From Eubacteriales bacterium (GTDB taxonomy: Bacteria > Bacillota > Clostridia > Oscillospirales > CAG-272), in NCBI GenBank assembly GCA_051867915.1, contig JBJDZJ010000096.1, positions 1 to 53,126 of the forward strand: 53,126 bases of DNA, in the 5' to 3' direction. The notes under the pieces are model-generated. The model made no database searches. It was not told the origin of the DNA and was given only the letters and a program-made list of their open reading frames with translations. Positions 1-8,392 of this stretch are shown one piece after another. The position numbers and the translations under genes are program-made. The first letter of the stretch is position 1; each line of letters begins with the position of its first letter.

Positions 1-66
1 GTCGAACGGCTTTGGACAATTTTACCTCTGTTGAGAAGGTAATTAGACTTTTTCGTCAGCCTCATC

Positions 67-93
67 AAAACCACCCGCTTGACGGGTGGTTTT
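67..93. terminator. Bidirectional intrinsic-terminator hairpin
   Basis: AAAACCACCC (67-76) pairs with GGGTGGTTTT (84-93), loop GCTTGAC. A-run and T-run flank it symmetrically. It lies downstream of the araC-like gene (minus strand) and of whatever plus-strand gene ends at the window edge. Confidence 0.55.
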
Positions 94-160
94 GAAATAA
101 ACTGCCAAGGCGCAAAATCTTCGGTCTGAAAAAGCGAAACTTTTCAGACTTTCATCCGGA

Positions 161-1021
161 TTACTTTCCGCCGTTTGTCATGTCCCGATTGCCGGACCGC
201 CGTTTTGAAGCAAGGTATTCCTTTGGCGTTGTTCCGACCAGCGCGCGGAAGGTTCGGATGAAGTGGGAATCGTCACAGAATCCGCAGGTTTGGGCGATTT
301 CGGAGATGCTTCTGCCGGCGATCAGCATTTCTTTTGCAATGTTGATCCGGGTCAGGCGGACATATTGCTTGACCGTCATACCAGTGTATTCTTTGAAATC
401 CGAGGTCAACTTGCCCCGGCTGACATAGTAATTGCGGGCAAGTTCGTCGGTTTGCAGGCATTCCCCGAAATGGCGGCTGATAAAATCCATGACCTTTGCA
501 ATGTAGTCGTGTTCCTGCTCTGTGGTTTCGATGGAATCCTCCCGTACCCCCGAGCTGATCCGATTGAGCATCAGAACCAGACGAAGCTGGCTGACGGCTT
601 CGTCCGATGCCATATAGGATGTCCAAAGCTCGTCCATCGCCCGACAGAGATCGGCGATCAGCTCCACATCGGGATGGATGACCGTCATGGAACCTCTTTG
701 CAGACGGTGAAAGTCGGGAATCCAGGGGGCGAATCTCTCCAGAAGATCTTTCCCGAAATTGATGACATACCGCTCGTAGCACTCCTGCCCGACGGAGCAG
801 GCACGGTGGAGCATGTAGGGCTTGTGCAGGACAAGACAGGGCGCTGAAATCTCCGTGCTGTTGATATTGCTTTCCACAATCACCCGTCCGCTTGTCACAA
901 AAAGAAGCTCGTACTCCACATGGGTGTGCATATACGCCATCCGGAAGTTCACGCTTTTGGAATGTTCCATATGGATCCGAGACGGCAGTGCGGAAGTCTC
1001 GGTATCGTTTTGCTTGCTCAT
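161..1021 (-). CDS. AraC/XylS-family transcriptional regulator (cupin-like N-domain plus C-terminal HTH)
   Basis: ORF 161..1156. The C-terminus carries the AraC HTH signature '...CGFCDDSHFIRTFRALVGTTPKEYL'. Start trimmed to ATG 1021 (MSKQNDTE...) because GGAGG lies 5 nt upstream on the minus strand (1027-1031). Divergent from the GH43 gene. Confidence 0.85.
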   Translation of the reverse strand: MSKQNDTETSALPSRIHMEHSKSVNFRMAYMHTHVEYELLFVTSGRVIVESNINSTEISAPCLVLHKPYMLHRACSVGQECYERYVINFGKDLLERFAPWIPDFHRLQRGSMTVIHPDVELIADLCRAMDELWTSYMASDEAVSQLRLVLMLNRISSGVREDSIETTEQEHDYIAKVMDFISRHFGECLQTDELARNYYVSRGKLTSDFKEYTGMTVKQYVRLTRINIAKEMLIAGRSISEIAQTCGFCDDSHFIRTFRALVGTTPKEYLASKRRSGNRDMTNGGK

Positions 1022-1220
1022 ATCATCCTCCCGTGTCCATTGTCCCTGCTGCCTTCGCAATGAAGGAAAAGGACGCTTCCGTTGAACTTTCTGAATGATT
1101 CTATTATATCTTTTTTTTACGGAAAAGTCAATCTTTTTTTGTGAACGAATATGCAATTCTCAATTGCGGCAGATTTTTTGATTTTGTCCGTTTTTTACAC
1201 AAATTTGTCCGAAATTCATC

Positions 1221-1249
1221 TTGCAACTTTGGGGAATTTGTACTATAAT
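1221..1249 (+). promoter_or_regulatory. Sigma-A-type promoter (TTGCAA-17 nt-TATAAT) for the GH43 gene
   Basis: -35 TTGCAA at 1221-1226, 17-nt spacer, -10 TATAAT at 1244-1249; about 60 nt upstream of ATG 1312. Confidence 0.55.
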
Positions 1250-1311
1250 ATAAAAAATAACTGCCGATTGGAACGGGACACATGAAAATCGGCAAGGAAA
1301 GGTTGAATCCA

Positions 1312-3804
1312 ATGAAAAGAATCCTGTCCATCCTTGTTGCCCTTGCAACGCTCGCCGTCTTTGTATCCTGTAACCGCACTCCGCCTTCCCCCTCGTCATC
1401 GGTTGAATCCGATACAACAACAAGTACCGACTTGGTTCCGTCGGGAAATGCGCCGGTGATTACGCCCGTCGAGCAGACTGAGATCCAAAAGGAGTCCATT
1501 ATGAATGTATCGGGAAATTCCTTTACTCAAACCTATGAAAATCCGCTGATTTCTCTGAAGACCCCCAATGTATGGCCGGGATACGGAGTCGGAGATCCCT
1601 TCGTCATGCGCTGGAACGGAAGATATTATCTTTACTGTTCCACCAAGGACGGCAATCTCGGTATCCAGTGCTGGTCTTCGGACGATCTGATTACATGGAA
1701 ATATAAGGGACTTTGCGCAAGAGAAGTTGTGACCGTGACGGCATATGCCCCCGAGGTGGTCTATTATAACGGATACTTCTATATGTACACTTCTCCTGCC
1801 GGAAACGGACACTATGTGCTGAGAAGTTCGTCGCCCACCGGTCCCTTCAAGGCCATTACCGATAATTTCGGTCATTCCATCGACGGCAGTGTCTTCATCG
1901 ACGATGACGGAAAATGGTATTTTTACAGTGCAAGCGGCGGCGGAATCATGGTTTACCCCATGAGCGCCCCCGATAAGGTTTCGGATTCGGGTACCAATAC
2001 CGGTGCCAATATGAACGGCTGGACCGAAGGCCCCATGGTTATCAAGGTGAACGGCGTCTACTATCTGACCTACACCGGAAACCATGTCTGGTGCAACGGA
2101 TATCGGATCAACTACGCCACCTCCACCCGCTCGCCCTCTTATTTCACGGCGGCAGACAACAATCCCATTCTGGTGAACACCCTGAGCCTCCCTCAGGGCA
2201 TCGGACACAGCTCTACCGTCATGGGTCCGAATATGGACAGCTATTACATCGTCTATCACTCCTCCCTCGGCGCGCCCATGAGAGAAATGCGCATTGACAG
2301 ACTGGTCTTCAACGGCTCCACCATGGAGGTGCTGGGACCCACTATAAGCGATCAGCAGGCGCCCGAAATGCCCGATCTGTACTCCTATTTCACCGAAAGT
2401 ACCGATCTTGATAACTGGTACTCCGACGGAGCGTCCATTTCCGATAGCGTCATGACCCTCAGCGACGGCGGATGGGTTCTGGCGAAGTATTCCTACGGCG
2501 AGAACTATACCGCCGAGTGCAATGTCGCTTCCATCAGCGGCGGCAAGGCAGGAATGGTGTTCAGCTACACCAATGAGTACAATTACGGAACCGCCCTTTT
2601 CGATCCCGACGGACAGAATCTGATCGTCACCTTTATGGTCAACGGTGTTCCTACCGTCCATGAAAAGGCTCTCAAGAACTCCTTTAAGGAGAACACCGAC
2701 TTTTCGAAGCTCCAGCTTCTGACGGTTCGCAAGGATGGCGGAAGCTTCACCTTCCTTGTCAACAACCGTACCCTCTGTACCCTTGAGTCCGATCTCGGTA
2801 CCGGAGCCTTCGGCGCCACTTCCGAGGGCGGAACGGCGACCATCGGCTTTATGGGAATATCCGGAGAGGTCAACCAGTCCTCGATCAAGAGCTATTTCAA
2901 GCCGATTTCCGGCTCTGTTCAGGCAATCACCTGCGTTGAAGATGATGTAACGACCGTTGCATATCAGAAGATGAATCTGGTTTCGCTGTCGGCGGACGGC
3001 CATCTGAACTATCTGGTCAATGTGGCAAAGACTGCGGGATATGATTTGGGAATCAGCTACCGAAGCTCGACAGAGACAAAACTGAAGCTCTATCAGAATC
3101 AAACCGAAATCGGAGAACTGATCCTTCCTGCCACCGATTCGAAGATGACGACCGTGACCTTCCGGAATCTTCCCCTGACCAAGGGAATGTCTGCCATCAC
3201 CTTTGCGGCAGTCTCGGGATCCTGTGAGATCGGCTCCTATACCTTCCTTGAGTATACGGCTGTCACCGCCATTGATCTGAACTATTCCACTTCAACGGAC
3301 AAGAACCGGTATTCGGACGGTACATGGACCATTGCAAACGGCGTGCTCAGTCTGGGCGGCGACACCCCTCTCGGAAAGCGTCTGTATGGAAGTGAGAGCT
3401 GGGGCGACTACACCGCCGAAGCGGATATTACCCTGGACAGCAGTTCCATCAATTTCGGTATGCTGATCCGTGCCACCAATCCTTCGGTAGGCGGCGCAGG
3501 CAATGATGTTGTCGCCGGTACCGATTTCGTGCAGGGCTACTTCATCGGTCTGACCGGATCGACCGTTGTTCTGGGTAAGCAGAATTATTCATGGGAGGTT
3601 CTGACTACTGCGAACTTCCGGACTCAAAGCGGAGGCACCTACCATATGAAGGTTGAGGCCGTAGGGGCAACCCTGAAGATCTGGGTAGACGGCAATCTGC
3701 TGATTGAGTATACCGATCCGGATCCCTTCCTCCAGGGTATGGCAGGTTTCAGAGGCCATTACAGCGCCGCATCCGTGGATAACTTCACGGTTACTGCCAA
3801 CTGA
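1312..3804 (+). CDS. Secreted lipoprotein, glycoside hydrolase family 43 catalytic domain followed by ConA/LamG-like and CBM-like beta-sandwich domains
   Basis: ORF 1282..3804. Lipobox '...LAVFVSC' after MKRILSIL. GH43-type blocks 'GDPFVMRWNGRYYLYCS', 'YAPEVVYYNGYFYMYTS', 'DGSVFIDDDGKWYFY'. The C-terminal 'YSDGTWTIANGVLSL...FGMLIRA...HMKVEAVGATLKIWVDG' looks like a LamG/DUF1080-type domain. Start set at ATG 1312, with AAGGAAAGG 9 nt upstream. Confidence 0.8.
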   Translation: MKRILSILVALATLAVFVSCNRTPPSPSSSVESDTTTSTDLVPSGNAPVITPVEQTEIQKESIMNVSGNSFTQTYENPLISLKTPNVWPGYGVGDPFVMRWNGRYYLYCSTKDGNLGIQCWSSDDLITWKYKGLCAREVVTVTAYAPEVVYYNGYFYMYTSPAGNGHYVLRSSSPTGPFKAITDNFGHSIDGSVFIDDDGKWYFYSASGGGIMVYPMSAPDKVSDSGTNTGANMNGWTEGPMVIKVNGVYYLTYTGNHVWCNGYRINYATSTRSPSYFTAADNNPILVNTLSLPQGIGHSSTVMGPNMDSYYIVYHSSLGAPMREMRIDRLVFNGSTMEVLGPTISDQQAPEMPDLYSYFTESTDLDNWYSDGASISDSVMTLSDGGWVLAKYSYGENYTAECNVASISGGKAGMVFSYTNEYNYGTALFDPDGQNLIVTFMVNGVPTVHEKALKNSFKENTDFSKLQLLTVRKDGGSFTFLVNNRTLCTLESDLGTGAFGATSEGGTATIGFMGISGEVNQSSIKSYFKPISGSVQAITCVEDDVTTVAYQKMNLVSLSADGHLNYLVNVAKTAGYDLGISYRSSTETKLKLYQNQTEIGELILPATDSKMTTVTFRNLPLTKGMSAITFAAVSGSCEIGSYTFLEYTAVTAIDLNYSTSTDKNRYSDGTWTIANGVLSLGGDTPLGKRLYGSESWGDYTAEADITLDSSSINFGMLIRATNPSVGGAGNDVVAGTDFVQGYFIGLTGSTVVLGKQNYSWEVLTTANFRTQSGGTYHMKVEAVGATLKIWVDGNLLIEYTDPDPFLQGMAGFRGHYSAASVDNFTVTAN

Positions 3805-3821
3805 TTTCCCATCAAAAAAAC

Positions 3822-3856
3822 ACGGGAGCATCCCATTTGGGACGCTCCCGTTTATT
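3822..3856. terminator. Intrinsic terminator between the convergent GH43 and trmO genes
   Basis: ACGGGAGC (3822-3829) pairs with GCTCCCGT (3844-3851), followed by TTTATT. Located 18 nt after the GH43 stop codon. Confidence 0.6.
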
Positions 3857-3875
3857 GCTTTGAGTGCCGTACGGT

Positions 3876-4568
3876 TTATTCGCTTTTCAGGATTTGGCAG
3901 ACATGGAGGACGCCACCTTCAACACGGAATCGGACCTCGTACTCCCCGTAAACCATGCCGTAGATTCGTTCGGGATCGTTTTGATAGGACGGTCTGGGAT
4001 CGCCGGCAAGGACGCCGAACAGAGCGGATTGCCTGTCCTTTGGAATAAGGTTCTGCAATTCGGGTGGGAAGTCAACCTCCAGATGATAGTCCCGACAGGC
4101 ATCGGAAAAGCCGCCGACAGCGTCCGGAATGGCATCCACATGGGGAAGATAGGGTTTGATGTCTAGAATCGGCGTACCGTCCATGAGATCGGCGCCCGAT
4201 ACATGAATCAGAATTTCCTTTGTGTCCGAAAGCTCTACCGATTCCAGCTTTACCACCGACAGCCCGATGGGATTGGGACGGTAGGGCGATCGGGTGGCGA
4301 ATACGCCCATGCGGCGGTTTCCGCCCAGCCTCGGCGGACGGACGGTGGGCGACCAGTTCTCCCGAATGGATTCGGAAAACAGCCAGATCAGCCAGATATG
4401 GGAATAGTCTGACAGTCCCCGCAGGGCGTCTGGATTCTGATACTCCTTTTCCAAACGGATCGTCCCTCGAAGCTCGGGAACCAGCCCCGATTGGCGGGGA
4501 ATTCCGAACTTCGTCGGAAAATCGGTGGAAATATGCCCGATGATCTTCATCGGAATCTTGCTTTTCAT
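3876..4568 (-). CDS. trmO: tRNA (N6-threonylcarbamoyladenosine(37)-N6)-methyltransferase TrmO (YaeB/TsaA family)
   Basis: ORF 3876..4592. Family blocks 'FGIPRQSGLVPELRGTIRL', 'YSHIWLIWLFS', 'RMGVFATRSPYRPNPIGLSVVKLESV', 'GTPILDIKPY'. The start at ATG 4568 (MKSKIPMKIIGHI) is tentative. Confidence 0.85.
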   Translation of the reverse strand: MKSKIPMKIIGHISTDFPTKFGIPRQSGLVPELRGTIRLEKEYQNPDALRGLSDYSHIWLIWLFSESIRENWSPTVRPPRLGGNRRMGVFATRSPYRPNPIGLSVVKLESVELSDTKEILIHVSGADLMDGTPILDIKPYLPHVDAIPDAVGGFSDACRDYHLEVDFPPELQNLIPKDRQSALFGVLAGDPRPSYQNDPERIYGMVYGEYEVRFRVEGGVLHVCQILKSE

Positions 4569-4590
4569 ATGGAAAGACCCCCGGATTTTC

Positions 4591-4622
4591 AAAAAAACTG
4601 CCGCATCTGCGGCAGTTTTTTG
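4591..4622. terminator. Bidirectional terminator
   Basis: AAAAAAA-CTGCCGCA-TC-TGCGGCAG-TTTTTT. Sits between the trmO start region and the stop of the lipoprotein gene 4644..5498. Confidence 0.6.
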
Positions 4623-4643
4623 AAGTTGATTGTCAAGAGATTC

Positions 4644-5498
4644 TTAATCGTGGAAGATTGCGTCGGGAGTTGCGCCCAGCTCGAAGCAGCATTCGCGTCC
4701 GCCCCATGCGTCCTTCAGAATGATAACGACAGTGTTCTCGCCCTCAACCAGCAGCGAAAGCATATCCTGAGTTGCATCAGTCAAGTAACCCTCTTCATCC
4801 TCGGGCCAAACGTCCTTGAAGGTATCGCCATCGGTCCAGTCCTTAGGATCGCCGGTCAGATTGGTGTTCTTATAGAAAATCAAAGTGCCGTTGATGTAGA
4901 TGGAAGGCGTATTGTCATACCACATAACCATGTAGAGATCTTCGTAAGCGTTCTTGAATTCTTCCAGATTGTCAATGGTGAAGGTGGTGTAAAGCATCAG
5001 ACCGTGATTCTGATCGGTCCAGCCGATGTCGGCGTTGGTGTAACCGTAACCGGAAACATTGCAGTCACCGAAGGGTCCGTTTGCCTTGTCGGTCCAGCTC
5101 TTGATATCGTCCATAGCAGCATCGGGGATGGTGTCATCGCCCATGGTCCAGCCGAATCCGGACATATACTCTACCAGTTCATCCTGAGTCTCGTCGTAGG
5201 TGCCGTTAGGTCCGGATGCAGAGTAAGGGCAGTAGAAGACCTTGTAGGCGTACTCGCTGTCTGCCTCTACCAGAGGGGTATCTCCGGTGGGGAGAAGACC
5301 GCCGGAAGTGGGGGTCGAAGGGTCAGCAACAACATTTGAGGTGGTTGTTGCGGAAGAAGTGGTAGTAACGGAAGATGTTGTAGTAGTGGTGTCCGAACCG
5401 GTTGTGGTTTCGGGGGTGTCGCCGCCACAGGATGCAAGCGTAGCAGTCATGCTGACAATCATCAGAGCGGCAAGCATAAGTGAAGCTTTTCTTTTCAT
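4644..5498 (-). CDS. Secreted lipoprotein of unknown function (Thr/Ser-rich linker plus globular domain)
   Basis: ORF 4644..5588. Start moved to ATG 5498 (MKRKASLMLAALMIVSMTATLASCGG), which gives a signal peptide with lipobox LASC. An AAAGGA Shine-Dalgarno lies upstream. The linker is TTGSDTTTTTSSVTTTSSATTTS. Confidence 0.7.
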   Translation of the reverse strand: MKRKASLMLAALMIVSMTATLASCGGDTPETTTGSDTTTTTSSVTTTSSATTTSNVVADPSTPTSGGLLPTGDTPLVEADSEYAYKVFYCPYSASGPNGTYDETQDELVEYMSGFGWTMGDDTIPDAAMDDIKSWTDKANGPFGDCNVSGYGYTNADIGWTDQNHGLMLYTTFTIDNLEEFKNAYEDLYMVMWYDNTPSIYINGTLIFYKNTNLTGDPKDWTDGDTFKDVWPEDEEGYLTDATQDMLSLLVEGENTVVIILKDAWGGRECCFELGATPDAIFHD

Positions 5499-5737
5499 AT
5501 GATTATCCTTTCTTCGGGAAGCTGAATTTAGTGCTCTTCCCAATCTCGCTTCCATTATACACCATTCATCGAGAAAAATCAAGTACAATTCGTGAATTTT
5601 ATAAATTTTTTTGTATTTTTATTGAAGGCAAAGCCTAAAAAAACGAATTTGGTGAGATTTCACAAAACCGACTGCTCATTTTTGTGCGATTGGACGGTAT
5701 GCCGGAGAAGAAATTCAAGCAAAACCCGAAATATCTC

Positions 5738-5766
5738 TTGAAAAATGCCAAAAGGTATGATAAAAT
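5738..5766 (+). promoter_or_regulatory. Promoter TTGAAA-17 nt-TAAAAT
   Basis: -35 at 5738-5743, -10 at 5761-5766; about 40 nt upstream of GTG 5806. Confidence 0.5.
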
Positions 5767-5805
5767 AATCCGTAGAAAGTTTTTTTCGGAAGGCAGGCAA
5801 CGAAA

Positions 5806-6342
5806 GTGCATCTGATCGGGCATTTGAAGACGGTGACAAAGCACCGTCATAAAGTTTTTATTCACTGCGTCAAGGCGGGCATTCCGATCCGGGGACTGCT
5901 CCATGATCTGTCCAAATTTTCACCTGCGGAGCTGATCCCCGGGGTGAGGTTCTATCAGGGCAGTCGATCGCCCAATGAGCGGGAGCGGGAGGTTTACGGT
6001 TACAGCGCCGCCTGGATGCACCATAAGGGGCGGAACCGTCACCATTATGAATACTGGACCGATTACAATCCGGCGACCCGGAGAATCGAGGCAGTGAAGA
6101 TGCCCCGGAAATTCGTTGCGGAGATGTTTTGCGACAGAGTGGCGGCAAGCAAGATCTACCGCGGGAAGGATTATGCCGACGGGGACGCCCTTGCCTATTT
6201 TCTGAAGGGAAGAGCACCCGTCACCATGCACCCCGAAACGGCGGCAGAGCTTCGGGAGATGCTGACCGTTCTGGCAGAGCAGGGCGAGGATGCGGCGTTT
6301 GCCCATGTGAAGGCGTATTTGAAGGAAGAGAATAAAAAATAA
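5806..6342 (+). CDS. DUF5662-like protein (the family is often mis-annotated as 'catalase'); function unknown
   Basis: GTG start. 'HLIGHLKTVTKHRHKVFIHCVKAGIPIRGLLHDLSKFSPAE...YQGSRSPNEREREVYGYSAAWMHHKGRNRHHYEYW' matches my memory of this family. Not verified by search. Confidence 0.55.
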   Translation: MHLIGHLKTVTKHRHKVFIHCVKAGIPIRGLLHDLSKFSPAELIPGVRFYQGSRSPNEREREVYGYSAAWMHHKGRNRHHYEYWTDYNPATRRIEAVKMPRKFVAEMFCDRVAASKIYRGKDYADGDALAYFLKGRAPVTMHPETAAELREMLTVLAEQGEDAAFAHVKAYLKEENKK

Positions 6343-6485
6343 GATCAAGGGGCTTTTCGTGAAAAGCCCCTTGAACCCCAACAGCTTTTATAAAAGAAGG
6401 GGTAGAACCCCAATGGGTTTTGTCTGCCGATCAAAGATCGGCGATTGCAAACGGTATCTCTTGTTTTTTTAAAGATTTTGGAGGG

Positions 6486-6526
6486 GATCGGTGGACTTTT
6501 TCGAGAAAAAGTCCACCGATCTTTTT
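6486..6526. terminator. 16-bp hairpin plus T-run abutting the sigma-factor stop codon
   Basis: GATCGGTGGACTTTTT (6486-6501) pairs with AAAAAGTCCACCGATC (6506-6521), followed by TTTTT. Confidence 0.55.
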
Positions 6527-8129
6527 ACCCTACCACCAGATAGCAGGTCGCATTGGACTCGGACGGATGCTTGGGAACGGTCAGCCTGCCGGACTGAACC
6601 AGAGCCTGAAGGACTGCCCCATCGGTACGGTCCATCATGCCCGCCACATAATCCAACTGCTTGTGGAGGGTCGGACAGGTGATGGAACGCAGATAATCGC
6701 AGACCGCCTCAAAATGCCGGTCTTCCACTGCTTTGGCTTCGGCATAGCTCTTGCAGCTTAGAAAATCGGAAGACCACAGCCGTTTATAGACCTCCCGTTT
6801 GTAAACGGGCAGATCGAATACGACCCTTCCGTCCTCTTCGTGGACATAGCGGGGCGTGTATTCGTCCCAGATTTCCCGCTCATTTGCCGAAAAATCGGCG
6901 GGCGTGCGATTTCCCGTAATCACATCACGGATCAGAGGAAGGGCAATGCCGTTGTATGTCAGTTTATGCCCCATGCGCTCGTCGGGTCGGTCAAAGCCCT
7001 CCATATGGGGACCGTATACCCAGAACTGAATGTCAGAAAAGCAGTTTCCGTTTTGTCCCATGCAGGGAATCCGGGAAGGAAAGCCCTGCTCGTAGCCAAC
7101 CAGTCCCCAATTGCCGCCGTCGGGCCGTTGGAAGTCTCCCACACTCAGGTGCATAAGATTGCGGACGCATTCGATGGCGATCATCCAGCGGAAATCCTCC
7201 GGGGACAGGGAGGCAGGGCGGATACCCTCCGCTTCCAGTTTTTTCTCCATTTCAAGTGTCAACTCCCATACAAGGGGAGCGAGTTGAGCGCCGCATTTTT
7301 CGGTCAGATTTTCAACGACCGACTGGGTGTCCCTGTCGGCGATGAAAAAGTCGGTGACAACCTTTCCGTCTTCGGTTTTGACAAGCAGGGAGGCGTCGCA
7401 GAGGATCTGAATCTCCTCCTCCATGTAGGGCAGGGCAATGCCCAGCTCCATGGACAGCTCTTCGGGGGTGGAAGGGTTGTTGTGAGCCTCCAGGACAATG
7501 TTCTGGGGAATCTTCCGATTCAGTGCCGAGTTCGGAAGTTCCGACGGGTGAGATCCCGTTCCGCTATAGGAAATGCGCTCGGGTGTAATGCTTTTTCTGC
7601 CAAAGGTTCGTGCCATGTTCATTCCTTCTTTCAATCTGTTTCTTCCTCGGAACAGTCGGGTTTTGACCGTTCCTTCGGGGAGGGAGAGCACCTTTGCAAT
7701 TTCGGAAATCGGCGATTGTTCAAAGTAATAGGCGACCAGAATTTCCCGGTATTCCCTTGCCGTGAAGGCAAGCTCCCGACGGAGCAGTTCCGACTCCTCC
7801 CTGGCGACCAGCCTGTCTTCGGGATCCTCAAAGACCGGCTGCAGGGACTCGGGCAGGTCGGAAACATCCCATCCCGACTGACATTCCGACTGTCGGTGCT
7901 TTTTATCCGCCCATCCTGCATAGCGATTGCGGGCGATCTGCCAGACCCAGCCGTGAAAGTGATCGGGAAGGTGTCCCTTGGTAAGCTCCTCCAGAATGCA
8001 CAGGGAAATTTCGGAGGCAAGATCCTCAGCCTGATGGGCATTGCCGGTCTTTTTCAGGCAGAAGTAGAAGACCTTGTCCAGATATTCGGACGCATAGTAC
8101 TCGCAGAGTTCACCGATTCTGTTTTGCAT
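6525..8129 (-). CDS. Sigma-70 family (ECF-like) RNA polymerase sigma factor fused to a ~350-aa C-terminal domain of unknown function
   Basis: ORF 6525..8150. A region-2-like block is 'HGWVWQIARNRYAGWADKK'. A region-4 HTH is 'SPISEIAKVLSLPEGTVKTRLFRGRNRLKEGM', ending near residue 185. About 350 further residues have no motif I recognise. ATG 8129 is preferred because AGGAG lies 11 nt upstream. Confidence 0.8.
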   Translation of the reverse strand: MQNRIGELCEYYASEYLDKVFYFCLKKTGNAHQAEDLASEISLCILEELTKGHLPDHFHGWVWQIARNRYAGWADKKHRQSECQSGWDVSDLPESLQPVFEDPEDRLVAREESELLRRELAFTAREYREILVAYYFEQSPISEIAKVLSLPEGTVKTRLFRGRNRLKEGMNMARTFGRKSITPERISYSGTGSHPSELPNSALNRKIPQNIVLEAHNNPSTPEELSMELGIALPYMEEEIQILCDASLLVKTEDGKVVTDFFIADRDTQSVVENLTEKCGAQLAPLVWELTLEMEKKLEAEGIRPASLSPEDFRWMIAIECVRNLMHLSVGDFQRPDGGNWGLVGYEQGFPSRIPCMGQNGNCFSDIQFWVYGPHMEGFDRPDERMGHKLTYNGIALPLIRDVITGNRTPADFSANEREIWDEYTPRYVHEEDGRVVFDLPVYKREVYKRLWSSDFLSCKSYAEAKAVEDRHFEAVCDYLRSITCPTLHKQLDYVAGMMDRTDGAVLQALVQSGRLTVPKHPSESNATCYLVVG

Positions 8130-8327
8130 CGTTGACGCATCTCCTTTCATACAGATAGTGTCGGAAAACCGGATTCGGTTTCGGGAGAAATAAAACTTTT
8201 TTCATTTGACCATATGGCTTTGGGATGGTCGCTCATTTTTGCCACGGGCATCATTTTGCTTTGCGCGACTATTTTACCATATTCCGACGGATTTTTCAAC
8301 CATCTGTGAAAATTCACAAACTCCCTC

Positions 8328-8356
8328 TTGCAATATAGCAAAAAATATGCTACAAT
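8328..8356 (+). promoter_or_regulatory. Promoter TTGCAA-17 nt-TACAAT for the SPFH operon
   Basis: -35 at 8328-8333, -10 at 8351-8356; 36 nt upstream of ATG 8393. Confidence 0.55.
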
Positions 8357-8392
8357 GTCAAATACCAACATATATATTAAAGGGGTGTTCAT

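Noticed and set aside
1-42. A possible 3' end of a plus-strand gene at the window edge (...VERLWTILPLLRR*), followed by the terminator at 67-93.
   Set aside because: Only 13 codons are visible and there is no recognisable motif. Coding status cannot be judged.
4598-4615. A recurrent hairpin core, CTGCCGCATCTGCGGC, seen at 4598-4615 and 19241-19258, with a related CTGCCGCAGTTATCTGCGGCAG at 13806-13827. I considered a possible REP-like dispersed element.
   Set aside because: There are only three short GC-rich stems, with different flanks and different contexts (two terminators and one 5' UTR). They are too short to distinguish from convergent terminator-like sequence without a genome-wide count.
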